Origin: Candidatus Cryptobacteroides sp.
GTDB lineage: Bacteria > Bacteroidota > Bacteroidia > Bacteroidales > UBA932
Direction: 5' to 3'
Length of the DNA: 64,000 nucleotides
NCBI GenBank assembly: GCA_045627265.1
Contig: JAZQNI010000066.1
Coordinates: 160-64,159, forward strand
Positions within the stretch are counted from its first letter, which is position 1, and each line of letters begins with the position of its first letter. Position numbers and translations under genes: made by a program. Of this stretch, positions 36,966 to 46,760 are shown piece after piece. Below the pieces are notes generated by a model. That model saw only the letters and a list, made by a program, of their open reading frames with translations, had not been told where the DNA came from and searched no databases.

Positions 36966-38135
36966 TCAGGCCTCCTTGTGGCCGAAAAAGCGGTCGATGA
37001 CCAGGGCGATAGCGCCGTCGCCGGTGACGTTGCAGGCCGGACCATAGCCGTCCAGCGCCAGATACAGAGCCATCACCAACGCCGTCTGCTCAGGACTGAA
37101 TCCAAGTATCGACTCGATGATGCCGATGGACGCCATCAGCACACCTCCCATCACCCCGGGAGCCGCAACAGCAGCGATTCCCTGCACCAGGACGAAGTTG
37201 GCGTACATTCCGAAACTGATGTCCATACCCGACATGTAGGCGATCGCAAAAGCCGAAGTAGCCAGCTTGATGGTCGATCCGCACATATGCACGGTCGAAC
37301 AGAGCGGAATGGTGAAACCTGCGATGTCGGGCGAGACACCATTCTTGAGAGTACACCTCTGCGTTACCGGGATCACGGCCGAGCTCGAACAGATCGAAAA
37401 CGCTGTGAAATACGCAGGCAGCATGTTTCCCAGGCATTTGAACGGGTTCTTGTGAGCCACCGCACCCGCGATGCAATACTGGATTATCAGATAGACGATG
37501 GACAATCCCACGCCGGTGAGGATGATCTTCGCTCCGGCACCCATCAACGCCCCGATCACACCCTTGGCGCTCATCTCGCATATCATGGTGAAGATATAGA
37601 CCGGCAGCAGAGGGATGATGACCTTCTCGATAGTGATCTTGACTATGCCGCCGAACTCATCGAAACCGCGCTTGAGCGCATCAGCCTTGGTCACGATGAT
37701 GCCGATGCCGACCATGAACGACAGCACGAGCGCAGTCATTATGTCGCAGACCGGCGGGATCTTGAGCTCGATGAACGGCTCGAATTTCGCCGCCTCGGCC
37801 ATCGAGTCAGGCGTAAGCTCGCCGATCCTCAGGTAGTTCGGCAGCAGGGTCGAAGCGCCGCCGAATGCGAAAAATCCGGAAACGACGGTGGAAGCATACG
37901 CAATCAGCAGCACCGTCAGGAGCATCTTCCCCGCACCCTTGCCAAGATTGGCGATTGCCGGCGTGACAAGCCCGAGCACCAGCAGAGGCACCACAAACTT
38001 GAGCAGCTGCGCGAAGATGACGTTGAAAGTTTTGAAAAGCCGGACGAGGAAGGTCGGCGCGACCAAGCCGAGCAGTGCGCCCAAAGCAATCGCGACAAGA
38101 ACTTTGCCGAACAGGCCGAAATTGATCTTTTTCAT
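36966..38135 (-). CDS. Dicarboxylate/amino acid:cation symporter (DAACS, SstT-like)
   Basis: FAQLLKFVVPLLV, AFSICSSSAVIP, FTIPLCSTVHMCG, AAPGVMGG, DGYGPACNVTGD. Confidence 0.92.
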   Translation of the reverse strand: MKKINFGLFGKVLVAIALGALLGLVAPTFLVRLFKTFNVIFAQLLKFVVPLLVLGLVTPAIANLGKGAGKMLLTVLLIAYASTVVSGFFAFGGASTLLPNYLRIGELTPDSMAEAAKFEPFIELKIPPVCDIMTALVLSFMVGIGIIVTKADALKRGFDEFGGIVKITIEKVIIPLLPVYIFTMICEMSAKGVIGALMGAGAKIILTGVGLSIVYLIIQYCIAGAVAHKNPFKCLGNMLPAYFTAFSICSSSAVIPVTQRCTLKNGVSPDIAGFTIPLCSTVHMCGSTIKLATSAFAIAYMSGMDISFGMYANFVLVQGIAAVAAPGVMGGVLMASIGIIESILGFSPEQTALVMALYLALDGYGPACNVTGDGAIALVIDRFFGHKEA

Positions 38136-38165
38136 CTGGGAGAAATCGTTGTTGAAGTCTGGTTA

Positions 38166-41100
38166 TCAATAATCGATGGAGAATGTCATGCCGGCGTAGT
38201 GGCGTTCGAGCGGCAGTCCGCTGTTCCGGAAATCGTCGAATGACGGACCGCAGTTGTACGACCAGCTGACGCCGATCCTGGTGTCGAAAGGCACACACAG
38301 CAGGTTGCCGAGACGCACAGCCAGAGACGCCCCCACGCTCATCAGCCCGCCGCCATCCCCTCCACGGAGGACGCCGACGGTATTGGATGATGCCTTGCAC
38401 CTGCTTCCCGCGCCGTTCAGCACCAGATAGTCGAGATGCATGCCGGCCTCGAAATTCCTCACATAGGCGATCGGACCGAGCCCGGACCAGTCAAGAGGCA
38501 GCACAGCCATCTTGTAGTCGGCCGAAAGCTTGGCCTGGACAGGGAACTTGACCGCCAATGCGCTGCCGAGGCTGCCCGAAACCGCCGCGAATCCACGCGG
38601 GATGACGTTGGCCCGCTGCTCGCCGAACACTGCATCCTGCGGCCGCAACTGCTTCTGAGCCAGGACGGACAAGCGCACCCCGTGCTGCGGGATGATGCCC
38701 GGCAGATAGCCGTAGAGGTAGCCGTAGGCAGTCGGCGCATAGATACCGGCCAGTGCAGGACGTCCGCCGATACCCGCTTCCGCTCCGATGCCGAGTCTCG
38801 GATAGACTCCGGACTTCGCAACAGGCAGCATGGACCAGGCCCTGACGCTGAGGTTGAGGCTCTGCACCGGCGCCGTGGTCGAAGGATCCACCCCGGTCAC
38901 CGTCCACCTCTGCCTGATGCTGTCGAAAACGCCGTCGTAGCTGGTATGGACGGTCGATGCGTCGAAACCGTTGTTGCTGATGGAATATGTGATCTGAGGC
39001 ACCACGCCGCGGCTCCATCCGCCCGAGCTGAAACTCAGCGGCACATAGACCTTGGTGTTGAAAGAGAAACCGAGAGCGCCGCCCTGCTCGGTCGCGATGG
39101 CGTCCCTGACGCCCTTGGAGCCGCTCATATGCAGGTATCTGTAGTTCCTGGAGCCGTTGTTGTCCAGCAGCAGGGTGGTCTCGATCACAGGGAATAGGCC
39201 TGTGTAGTCGAATTTCAGGTCGACAGCATGCTCCCAGCTGCCGTCCGCCCGCGGTCTGGCGCTGTAGCCCGCGACACCGCTGGCCGTGGCCAGGTCGTTC
39301 TGGAGGAACAGCATCGCGCCGAGGTTGCCGACATGGTCGAAGGAGTCGAAACTCAGGCTCTCGACCGCATCGTAGTCGAAGTGCACCGGCGCCCAGGAAT
39401 GCAGCCGCAGCAGGTGTGCGGCTTTGCGGTAACGCTCGGGTTCTGAGACCGTCACGCTGTCGATAAATGACTCCAGCGCGGGTGAGGTTGAGACTCCGAG
39501 AGCGCTTTCTTGTGCGGTAAGTGTCTCAGCTACAGGGTTTTTCCATATCTCTAGCGGGTTGCAGACCTCGCCCACAAGTGCGTCAGTGCACAGATGGCGC
39601 AGAGTCCTGCCTTCCGGCGAAAGCTCGGTGAAATACAGCTGCCTGCCGCTGTCATCGAAGAGGAAGTCCTCGCCGCCGTGCCGCAGCGAAGTGAGCCTGA
39701 CGAGTTCCCGGCCGTCGTACGAATACAGCTCGTCGGCGCCGTTGCGGTCGCTCACGAAGCAGAGTCTGCCATCATGCGCCTGCAACTGCTTGATCTTGGC
39801 CGCTGCCGGGCTCAGGAAGCAGCAGAAGCCGTCCGAAGCGTTGAAAATGCCGAAACCTTCGTCCGTGATGGCGCTGACGAAGATGCTGCCGTCGAGCCAG
39901 ACCGGCTCCACTATCTGCATACCGTTCGGGGCTTTGATGCTCTGTGACGTTGTCCCTGTCGTGGCATCGACCAGCAGAAGCAGGCTGCTGCCGTCGAGCG
40001 GATATTCGACCACGGCCAGAGTCCGGCCATCGGGTGACGGAACAGGATTGTAGTATCTTCCGCCTTTGAGCAGGGTGCCGCGAGTCCCATCCCGGACATC
40101 CATGAAGCAGATGGTCGAGCCGCTTTTCAGCCCCCAGCGTATGTCTGCGCGGTGTTCGCTCCAATAGAGCCGGCCGTCTGCACCGCTGTATTTCAGCGCG
40201 GACGTCATAGATGCGAACGGTACGGCGCCCAGGACCTCACCGCTTTTCGAGAATTTCAGCAGGCGCGTGGCTCTTTCGAGTCCGTTCTCGATGGCGAAAA
40301 TGCATCCGTCGGCCATCGCCGCTCCTTCGAGTTCCGTGAACCTGCGTCCTGCTTCCGTGACTGCGCTGCTTGTCAGGAACGGCGCGCGGAGGCTGTCATT
40401 CTCCGCCCAGACCTCCTGGAATCCCTCCGAGATGGCCTGGAACGAGTCCTTGAAGCCCATGCCGGACAGTCCGCGGACCGTTTTCTGCATCACTGCGAAC
40501 GGGAACGGCAGCTTGCTGTCGAATATGGTCGAATAATATCTTGCGGAGAAATCCGGGACGTCCCAGCTGTAGCGTGCGCCGGCCGCGAGCATATAGCCTG
40601 CGCGGTAGTGGTCGGGCGTGAAGAGGCGCTGGGAGCCGTAGCGCCAGCGGTACCAGTCGCGCCAGTCGCCGCTGTCGAAGCAGACGCGCACATACTCGAG
40701 GAAGTCGGCAGACCGGCCGCGGCCGAACTTCGACAGCCCGGTCTCCGCCGCCACGGCGTCACCTTCAGAGAAGGCGATGCCTGGGTAGGCGGCCCACCAT
40801 GCGACGTCGGACAGATCTCCGGCCACGAACCTTGCAGCCTTGAAAATGCCCCTGCGGCTGAACTGCAGCTGCGTGGAATGCCTCTGCTCGTGTATGGTCA
40901 GGTTCTGCACCCAAGGCATGGCATCCGGCTCATAAGGATCGCCGACGGTGAAAAGCTCCATCCTCCTCGGCGCCCACATCATCATGCCGTTGGCGTAGCC
41001 GGTGAATGATCTCAGCACCACTGGAAGCGGCTTGGAGCATAGTTCGTTGGAGCTGTAACCGCTGGATGCGGCCACCCGTGGAAGCTGCATTTCCAGGCTG

Positions 41101-41276
41101 GCTGCATAGATCCTGGCCAGCGAATCGGCTCCTACCGGGTAGATGATGCGGAAGTTGTCGGTGCGTATCTGCATGTACCGTGCGGATGCAGGGTCGTTGC
41201 CTGCATCGTAGAACTGAGCCCTGCCGGACAGCGCCGGGATGAGCAGCAGAAATATCGCGCACAAGAACTTTCTCAT
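38166..41276 (-). CDS. Large outer-membrane protein: gluzincin-like HExxH domain, TolB/PD40-like propeller and probable C-terminal beta-barrel
   Basis: Signal peptide from 41276; IHEQRH...FSEGDAV; PSPDGRTLAVVEY, FVSDRNGADELY; amphipathic C-terminal strands ending FSIDY. Confidence 0.7.
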   Translation of the reverse strand: MRKFLCAIFLLLIPALSGRAQFYDAGNDPASARYMQIRTDNFRIIYPVGADSLARIYAASLEMQLPRVAASSGYSSNELCSKPLPVVLRSFTGYANGMMMWAPRRMELFTVGDPYEPDAMPWVQNLTIHEQRHSTQLQFSRRGIFKAARFVAGDLSDVAWWAAYPGIAFSEGDAVAAETGLSKFGRGRSADFLEYVRVCFDSGDWRDWYRWRYGSQRLFTPDHYRAGYMLAAGARYSWDVPDFSARYYSTIFDSKLPFPFAVMQKTVRGLSGMGFKDSFQAISEGFQEVWAENDSLRAPFLTSSAVTEAGRRFTELEGAAMADGCIFAIENGLERATRLLKFSKSGEVLGAVPFASMTSALKYSGADGRLYWSEHRADIRWGLKSGSTICFMDVRDGTRGTLLKGGRYYNPVPSPDGRTLAVVEYPLDGSSLLLLVDATTGTTSQSIKAPNGMQIVEPVWLDGSIFVSAITDEGFGIFNASDGFCCFLSPAAAKIKQLQAHDGRLCFVSDRNGADELYSYDGRELVRLTSLRHGGEDFLFDDSGRQLYFTELSPEGRTLRHLCTDALVGEVCNPLEIWKNPVAETLTAQESALGVSTSPALESFIDSVTVSEPERYRKAAHLLRLHSWAPVHFDYDAVESLSFDSFDHVGNLGAMLFLQNDLATASGVAGYSARPRADGSWEHAVDLKFDYTGLFPVIETTLLLDNNGSRNYRYLHMSGSKGVRDAIATEQGGALGFSFNTKVYVPLSFSSGGWSRGVVPQITYSISNNGFDASTVHTSYDGVFDSIRQRWTVTGVDPSTTAPVQSLNLSVRAWSMLPVAKSGVYPRLGIGAEAGIGGRPALAGIYAPTAYGYLYGYLPGIIPQHGVRLSVLAQKQLRPQDAVFGEQRANVIPRGFAAVSGSLGSALAVKFPVQAKLSADYKMAVLPLDWSGLGPIAYVRNFEAGMHLDYLVLNGAGSRCKASSNTVGVLRGGDGGGLMSVGASLAVRLGNLLCVPFDTRIGVSWSYNCGPSFDDFRNSGLPLERHYAGMTFSIDY

Positions 41277-41285
41277 TGTCAAGAA

Positions 41286-41335
41286 CAAAACTAACCAATA
41301 AATTGCAGAAAAACCCCGATTTATGCCTAAATTTG
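41286..41335. promoter_or_regulatory. Divergent -7 promoter elements (OM protein / Na-Pi cotransporter)
   Basis: TAGTTTTG on minus (41286-41293), TAAATTTG on plus (41328-41335). Confidence 0.45.
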
Positions 41336-41372
41336 AAGGATTTTAGACTTTATACAAAATAACGTTGGTTCT

Positions 41373-43127
41373 ATGAACACAGTTCTTCAGATTCTGACCA
41401 TTCTGGGCTCTCTGGGAATGTTCCTCTACGGAATGTCCTTGATGAGCGGTGGTCTTCAGAAGATGGCCGGTGAAAAGTTGAGAGCATTCATGGCTTCCAT
41501 GACCTCCAACAAGGCAAAATGTGTGCTCACCGGTATCGTGGTCACTGCTCTCGTGCAGTCATCTACGGCCACGACTTTGATGCTTGTAAGTTTTGTGAAT
41601 GCGGGTCTTCTCACCCTGGCGAACGCCATCGGGGTGATAATGGGTGCCAACATCGGTACCACCGTGACCGCGTGGATCTTTGCCCTTTCGTTCGGAGGTT
41701 CGTCATTCAGCTTCGGCACGATCGCCATCCCTTTGATGTTCTTCGGCTTCATCCTCCTCTCCAGGAAGGATATCAAGTCCAAGAATTTCGGCGAGTTCCT
41801 GATGGGATTCGCATTCCTCTTCCTCGGTCTCGCGACGCTCAAGGAGACCTCCACCCTGATTCTTGATGCCGAACCTGTGCGCGTGTTCCTCAGCAAATGC
41901 GCAAGTTTCGGAATCGTGTCCATATTGCTGTTCCTCATCGCTGGCGCATGCATGACGCTGATGCTTCAGTCATCCGCCGCCACGATGGCCATCACCATGG
42001 TGCTGGTCGCCAACGGATACATTCCTTTCGAGATGGCGGCCGCGATGGTGCTCGGTGAGAACATCGGTACCACCATCACCTCCAACATCGCAGCTTCGGT
42101 GGCGAACGTTTCGGCCAAGAGGACTGCTAGGGCGCACATGTTCTTCAATGTGTTCGGAGTATGCTGGGTGTTCGCTCTCTTCCATCCGTTCCTCAAGGTC
42201 ATCGGCGTGATAGTCGAGGCGTTCGGCTTCCCGAACCCCGTCACGACGGACTTCATGACGACCGACGAGGCGACCAAGGCGGCGCTCGTGGCATCCCTGC
42301 CGTACTGCGTGGCGACCTTGCACACCTTGTTCAACGTCATCAACACGATGATCCTCATCTGGTTCATCCCGACCATCGAAAAGATCGTCAAATGGCTTGT
42401 CCCTAGCCAGGAGGGCGAAAAGGAAAGCTTCAGGCTCAAATACATCCACGGCGGTCCGCTCGGCACAGCAGAGCTTTCGCTCAACGAGGCTTGGCAGGAG
42501 ATACTCAATTTCGGCCGCATCTGCTACAAGGGTTTCGGCCATCTTCGCGAGGCCATCAACGCCCACATGAAGGAGGGAGAAGATGGCTTGATCGACCAGC
42601 TGGTCAAGTACGAGGAGATAACCGACAACATCGAGTTCGAGATCGCCACCTACCTCAACGAAGTGTCCAAGGGCGAGCTCAGCGAGAGTTCGGCATCCCG
42701 TATCAAGAAGATGTACAAGATCATAGGCGAGATGGAGAGCCTCGGAGATTCCGGAGAGGCCATCAGCCGTATGCTGACCCGTGCAAGGGTTCACGAGCAG
42801 GCTTTCGACAAGGCGATGATGGACAAGCTCAACAGGATGCTAGACCTGGTCGACACCGCCTATCAGGCCATGATGGCCAACCTCACTACCTCTGTCAAGA
42901 ATGGTCCTCTGATGTCCCTGTCCGAGATTTCCAATGCCTCCGACGCCGAGTACAACATCAACGAGTACCGCAATATCTTGAGAGAGGAGCATATAGTCAA
43001 CCTCGAAAAGGCCAAGTACAACTATCAGGCAGGCTCATTCTACATGGATATCATCTCCGAGCTCGAGAAGATCGGAGACTTCATCATCAACATCTCCCAG
43101 GCCCTGGTCCCGAATGATGGCAAGTAG
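41373..43127 (+). CDS. Na+/phosphate cotransporter family protein with C-terminal PhoU-like domains
   Basis: Twin QSS(T/A)AT and G(A/E)NIGTT motifs; C-terminal ELEKIGD. Confidence 0.93.
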   Translation: MNTVLQILTILGSLGMFLYGMSLMSGGLQKMAGEKLRAFMASMTSNKAKCVLTGIVVTALVQSSTATTLMLVSFVNAGLLTLANAIGVIMGANIGTTVTAWIFALSFGGSSFSFGTIAIPLMFFGFILLSRKDIKSKNFGEFLMGFAFLFLGLATLKETSTLILDAEPVRVFLSKCASFGIVSILLFLIAGACMTLMLQSSAATMAITMVLVANGYIPFEMAAAMVLGENIGTTITSNIAASVANVSAKRTARAHMFFNVFGVCWVFALFHPFLKVIGVIVEAFGFPNPVTTDFMTTDEATKAALVASLPYCVATLHTLFNVINTMILIWFIPTIEKIVKWLVPSQEGEKESFRLKYIHGGPLGTAELSLNEAWQEILNFGRICYKGFGHLREAINAHMKEGEDGLIDQLVKYEEITDNIEFEIATYLNEVSKGELSESSASRIKKMYKIIGEMESLGDSGEAISRMLTRARVHEQAFDKAMMDKLNRMLDLVDTAYQAMMANLTTSVKNGPLMSLSEISNASDAEYNINEYRNILREEHIVNLEKAKYNYQAGSFYMDIISELEKIGDFIINISQALVPNDGK

Positions 43128-44085
43128 GCTCCTCATATCGTGTGCGGTGCTTTCCGTATTGCTGCTGTCCGGCTGTCGCCGTGGCGGCGATGCCGCTGTG
43201 GGTTCCGACGCAGTCGTACGCCAGTTCCCGCAGGTGACCGTTCCGGGTGTCTATACTGAGCCGGAGGATGTGCAGGATTATGTGCTGGCGCATTTCTGGG
43301 ATTCGTTCCTGGCCGATACGCTCAGCTCTTTCCGCTGCGATTCCTCATACATCGCAGGAGTGGAGCAGAAACTGTTCGCCACCCAGCTGGCATCTTACCT
43401 GTCCATTTTGGAGACGGTGCCCCTCGACAAGGCCCAAGGTTCGATTTCGTCCTTTTTCTCCAAGGTCGAGAAATATCAGCACAGTGTCCCGGCATCGAAC
43501 TTGTTCGACACCGTGTGCGAGGCGGTGGAGTATTATCTCTATGATCCGAATTCGGAAATCAGGGACGAGGATCTGTACCTTCCGTTCATAACCGGACGTT
43601 GCGCTTCTTTTCTGACACCTGACAGCCTCAGGGTTTCGCTCGGATTTGCCGCGCGGATGTGTACACTCAACCAGAAGGGCACAAAGGCGGCCGATTTCAG
43701 GTTTGTGGATGCATCCGGAAGGATACATTCCCTTTATGGGGAGAAGGCTCCTGCGACCATCCTGGTGTTCGTCAATCCTGGATGTCACGCCTGTGAGGAG
43801 CTTGTCGATCCGCTTGGTGCTCCGGAAATCGTCCAGCTGACCGAGTCCGGTCTCCTGAAGATCATAGGAGTGTACATCGATGAGGATATTGCAGCCTGGA
43901 AGGCCGAGAGCAGCTCTCTGCCTGCGCACTGGATCAACGGCTACGACCCGGATTTCATCATCCGCAAGGACCTGATATACGGAGTGAGGGCCATTCCTTC
44001 CATATATCTTCTGGACGAAGACAAGACAGTAATCCTCAAGGACGCCCCCGTGGAGAAGCTCTTCACGGCATTGCAGAACATATAA
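43114..44085 (+). CDS. DUF5106-like/thioredoxin-fold lipoprotein
   Basis: Lipobox LSGC, HFWD, YLYDPNSEIRDE, CxxC (GCHAC), YGVRAIPSIYLLD. Confidence 0.8.
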   Translation: MMASRLLISCAVLSVLLLSGCRRGGDAAVGSDAVVRQFPQVTVPGVYTEPEDVQDYVLAHFWDSFLADTLSSFRCDSSYIAGVEQKLFATQLASYLSILETVPLDKAQGSISSFFSKVEKYQHSVPASNLFDTVCEAVEYYLYDPNSEIRDEDLYLPFITGRCASFLTPDSLRVSLGFAARMCTLNQKGTKAADFRFVDASGRIHSLYGEKAPATILVFVNPGCHACEELVDPLGAPEIVQLTESGLLKIIGVYIDEDIAAWKAESSSLPAHWINGYDPDFIIRKDLIYGVRAIPSIYLLDEDKTVILKDAPVEKLFTALQNI

Positions 44086-44097
44086 ACAAACGATAAT

Positions 44098-44892
44098 ATG
44101 AAGCAGTATCTTGATTTGTTGCGTCATATCCGCGAGAACGGAGTAGTAAAGAAAGACCGTACCGGAGTTGGCACCCAGAGCGTGTTCGGCTATCAGTGCC
44201 GTTATGATCTCAGCGAGGGTTTCCCTCTGCTGACCACCAAGAAGGTGCACCTCAAATCCATCATCTACGAGCTCCTCTGGTTTATCGCCGGAGACACCAA
44301 CGTCAAGTATCTGCAGGACCACAAGGTGACCATCTGGGACGAGTGGGCGGATGAGAACGGCGACCTCGGTCCGGTGTACGGCCAGCAGTGGAGAAGCTGG
44401 AAGACAACCGACGGCCGTTGCGTCGACCAGCTTGCGCAGGTTGTCGAGACCATCAAGAACAATCCGGACTCCCGCAGGATGCTGGTTTGCGCCTGGAATC
44501 CTGGAGACGTCGACAAGATGGCCCTGCCTCCATGTCATTGCCTCTTCCAGTTCTACGTGGCGGAGGGCAAGCTCTCCTGCCAGCTGTATCAGAGGAGCGC
44601 GGACACCTTCCTCGGTGTGCCGTTCAACATCGCATCCTATGCCCTCCTGACGATGATGATCGCGCAGGTCTGCGGTCTGCAGCCGGGCGAATTCATCCAT
44701 ACCACAGGAGACACGCACCTGTACCTCAACCATCTCGAGCAGGCTGACCTGCAGCTTTCGCGCGAACCTCGTCCTCTCCCGAAGATGAAGATCAATCCTG
44801 ACGTCAAGGACATCTTCTCCTTCAAGTATGAGGATTTCGAACTTGTAGATTACGATCCGTGGCCGGCAATCAAGGCTCCGGTGGCTGTTTAG
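44098..44892 (+). CDS. thyA: Thymidylate synthase
   Basis: [50 protein letters not shown]. Confidence 0.98.
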   Translation: MKQYLDLLRHIRENGVVKKDRTGVGTQSVFGYQCRYDLSEGFPLLTTKKVHLKSIIYELLWFIAGDTNVKYLQDHKVTIWDEWADENGDLGPVYGQQWRSWKTTDGRCVDQLAQVVETIKNNPDSRRMLVCAWNPGDVDKMALPPCHCLFQFYVAEGKLSCQLYQRSADTFLGVPFNIASYALLTMMIAQVCGLQPGEFIHTTGDTHLYLNHLEQADLQLSREPRPLPKMKINPDVKDIFSFKYEDFELVDYDPWPAIKAPVAV

Positions 44893-44913
44893 AACCATAA
44901 AACCGACACGAAC

Positions 44914-45402
44914 ATGGAAAAATGTCTTATTGTGGCGATTGCCGACAACAACGGTATCGGAGTCAAGGGTGACCTCCCTTGGCACATCTCCGAAGACTTG
45001 AAATACTTCAAGCAGGTGACTCACGGATTCCCTGTGATAATGGGCCGTACAACCTATTTCTCCCTGCCTTTCAGACCGCTCAAGGGGCGCAAGAACATAG
45101 TGCTCAACCTCGGTGGGGAGCCTATCCCTGAGGTGATATGCGTCAATTCGTTCGACGAGGCATTCGCTGCCGCCGAACCGGCCGACAAGTGCTTCATCAT
45201 GGGTGGAGCATCTGTGTACAGGGCAGCAATCAACATGATGGACAGACTCTACATCACCCACGTGCATACAGTCGTCGAGGAAGCCGACGTCTTCTTCCCG
45301 GAGATCGATCCTGCGATCTGGCAGGTCGAGTCCCGCTCCGAGATGCACAAGGATGAAGAGACTGGATTCGAATTCGAGTTCGTAGTATATACCAGACGAT
45401 GA
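44914..45402 (+). CDS. folA: Dihydrofolate reductase
   Basis: LPWHISEDLKYFK, VIMGRTT, RPLKGRKNIVL, IMGGASVY, DVFFP. Confidence 0.96.
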   Translation: MEKCLIVAIADNNGIGVKGDLPWHISEDLKYFKQVTHGFPVIMGRTTYFSLPFRPLKGRKNIVLNLGGEPIPEVICVNSFDEAFAAAEPADKCFIMGGASVYRAAINMMDRLYITHVHTVVEEADVFFPEIDPAIWQVESRSEMHKDEETGFEFEFVVYTRR

Positions 45403-46760
45403 AGAGGGAGAACTTCAGCAGCCGCCTCGCAGTCATCTTCGTGATGGCCGGTTCCGCCATCGGTCTCGGCAACATCTGGAGATTTCCGTATATGGTGGGA
45501 GAGCACGGAGGTGCGGCCTTCGTCCTCCTCTATATCCTGGCGACCATGCTGGTATCACTTCCTCTGTTCATAACCGAGGTGGCGATAGGCCGCCGCAGCC
45601 GCACCAATGCCTCACATTCCATGGCTGTGCTCGCTCCCGGGCGCGGTTTCTGGAAGTTCATCGGCATATTCTTCATCATCATTCCGATGATCATCGCCTC
45701 GTACTACAGCGTCATAGGCGGATGGTCCATGACCTACTTGGTCAAGGCGGCGATGATGGAATTCGTCCGGCAGGACGCGTCTTCCTCAGGAGAGGTTTTC
45801 AGCGAATTCATTTCTTCTCCTGTGCTGCCGGTGGTCGCGCATCTGGTCTTCTTCCTGATCTGCGCTTTCGTCGTCGCTCTCGGGGTCAAGTCCGGAATAG
45901 AGAAATTCAGCAAGATCACGATACCGGTGCTTTTTGTGCTCATTGTCGTGATGATGATATATTCGTTCACTCTGCCGGGGGCCGGTGCTGGTGTCAATTA
46001 TCTCATGAAGCCGGATTTCAGCATGATCAATGCCAAATCCTTCGCTTATGCCATGGGACAGAGTTTCTACTCGCTCTCGCTCGGTATGGGAGCGATCATG
46101 ACGTACGGCTCATATGTGAGCAAAGATGAGAATATCATCGTGTCCAGCGCGGGGACGGCCGTGTCCGACCTGCTCTTCGCCTTGCTGGCCGGTCTGGCAA
46201 TAATGCCGGCCGTCTTTGCGGCAGGAATCGAACCGGGTGCGGGTCCCGGGCTCATTTTCGAGGGGATTCCTTTCATTTTCGCAAGTTTCGGCCAGAATTT
46301 CCCTGTCATCAGCACCATCGTTTCGGTCATATTCTTCCTTGCGGTCGTGGTGGCCGCGATGACGTCCATAATCTCGTTGATCGAGGTCGGCGCCTCGTTC
46401 CTGAGCGAAAGGTTCGGCATGAAGCGCATGCCGGCCTGCATGCTGATCTTCCTTGTCTGTGGAGGCGTGGGAGTGCTTTGCTCCCTTTCATTCGGCTGTT
46501 TGTCCGGCTTCACGGTCGGAGGAATGTGCCTGTTCGATCTTTTCGACTGGTTCTCTTCCAACGTGATGCTCCTGCTGATGGCGTTCCTGACAGTCATCTT
46601 CGCCGGTTTCGTGATGAAGAAGGAGGACCTGCGCGACGAACTGACGAACGGAGGTACGAAACCAATCAAGAAAGGCCTGTTCAACTTATTGTATTTCCTT
46701 ATCAAGTGGGTGGCTCCGGTGTTCGTCCTTCTTATATTCATCGCTAATTTCATTTTGTAA
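45399..46760 (+). CDS. Neurotransmitter:sodium symporter (NSS/SNF) family transporter (1)
   Basis: GSAIGLGNIWRFPY, GGAAF, SYYSVIGGW, GQSFYSLSLG, GPGLIF. Confidence 0.95.
   Translation: MKRENFSSRLAVIFVMAGSAIGLGNIWRFPYMVGEHGGAAFVLLYILATMLVSLPLFITEVAIGRRSRTNASHSMAVLAPGRGFWKFIGIFFIIIPMIIASYYSVIGGWSMTYLVKAAMMEFVRQDASSSGEVFSEFISSPVLPVVAHLVFFLICAFVVALGVKSGIEKFSKITIPVLFVLIVVMMIYSFTLPGAGAGVNYLMKPDFSMINAKSFAYAMGQSFYSLSLGMGAIMTYGSYVSKDENIIVSSAGTAVSDLLFALLAGLAIMPAVFAAGIEPGAGPGLIFEGIPFIFASFGQNFPVISTIVSVIFFLAVVVAAMTSIISLIEVGASFLSERFGMKRMPACMLIFLVCGGVGVLCSLSFGCLSGFTVGGMCLFDLFDWFSSNVMLLLMAFLTVIFAGFVMKKEDLRDELTNGGTKPIKKGLFNLLYFLIKWVAPVFVLLIFIANFIL

Noticed and set aside
36837-38243. 468-aa plus-strand ORF, and the 89-aa ORF at 59592-59861, both starting MIENQLIQ
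   Set aside because: The shared N-terminus is just translated repeat module C; the long ORF is the antisense shadow of the DAACS transporter gene.
43345-45348. 667-aa minus-strand ORF, and similar long antisense ORFs (48690-49841, 57627-58958, 62537-63987)
   Set aside because: They lie antisense to well-supported genes (thyA/folA, GH97, GH25/mtgA, RND permease), are expected from high GC3 codon bias and show no recognisable motifs.
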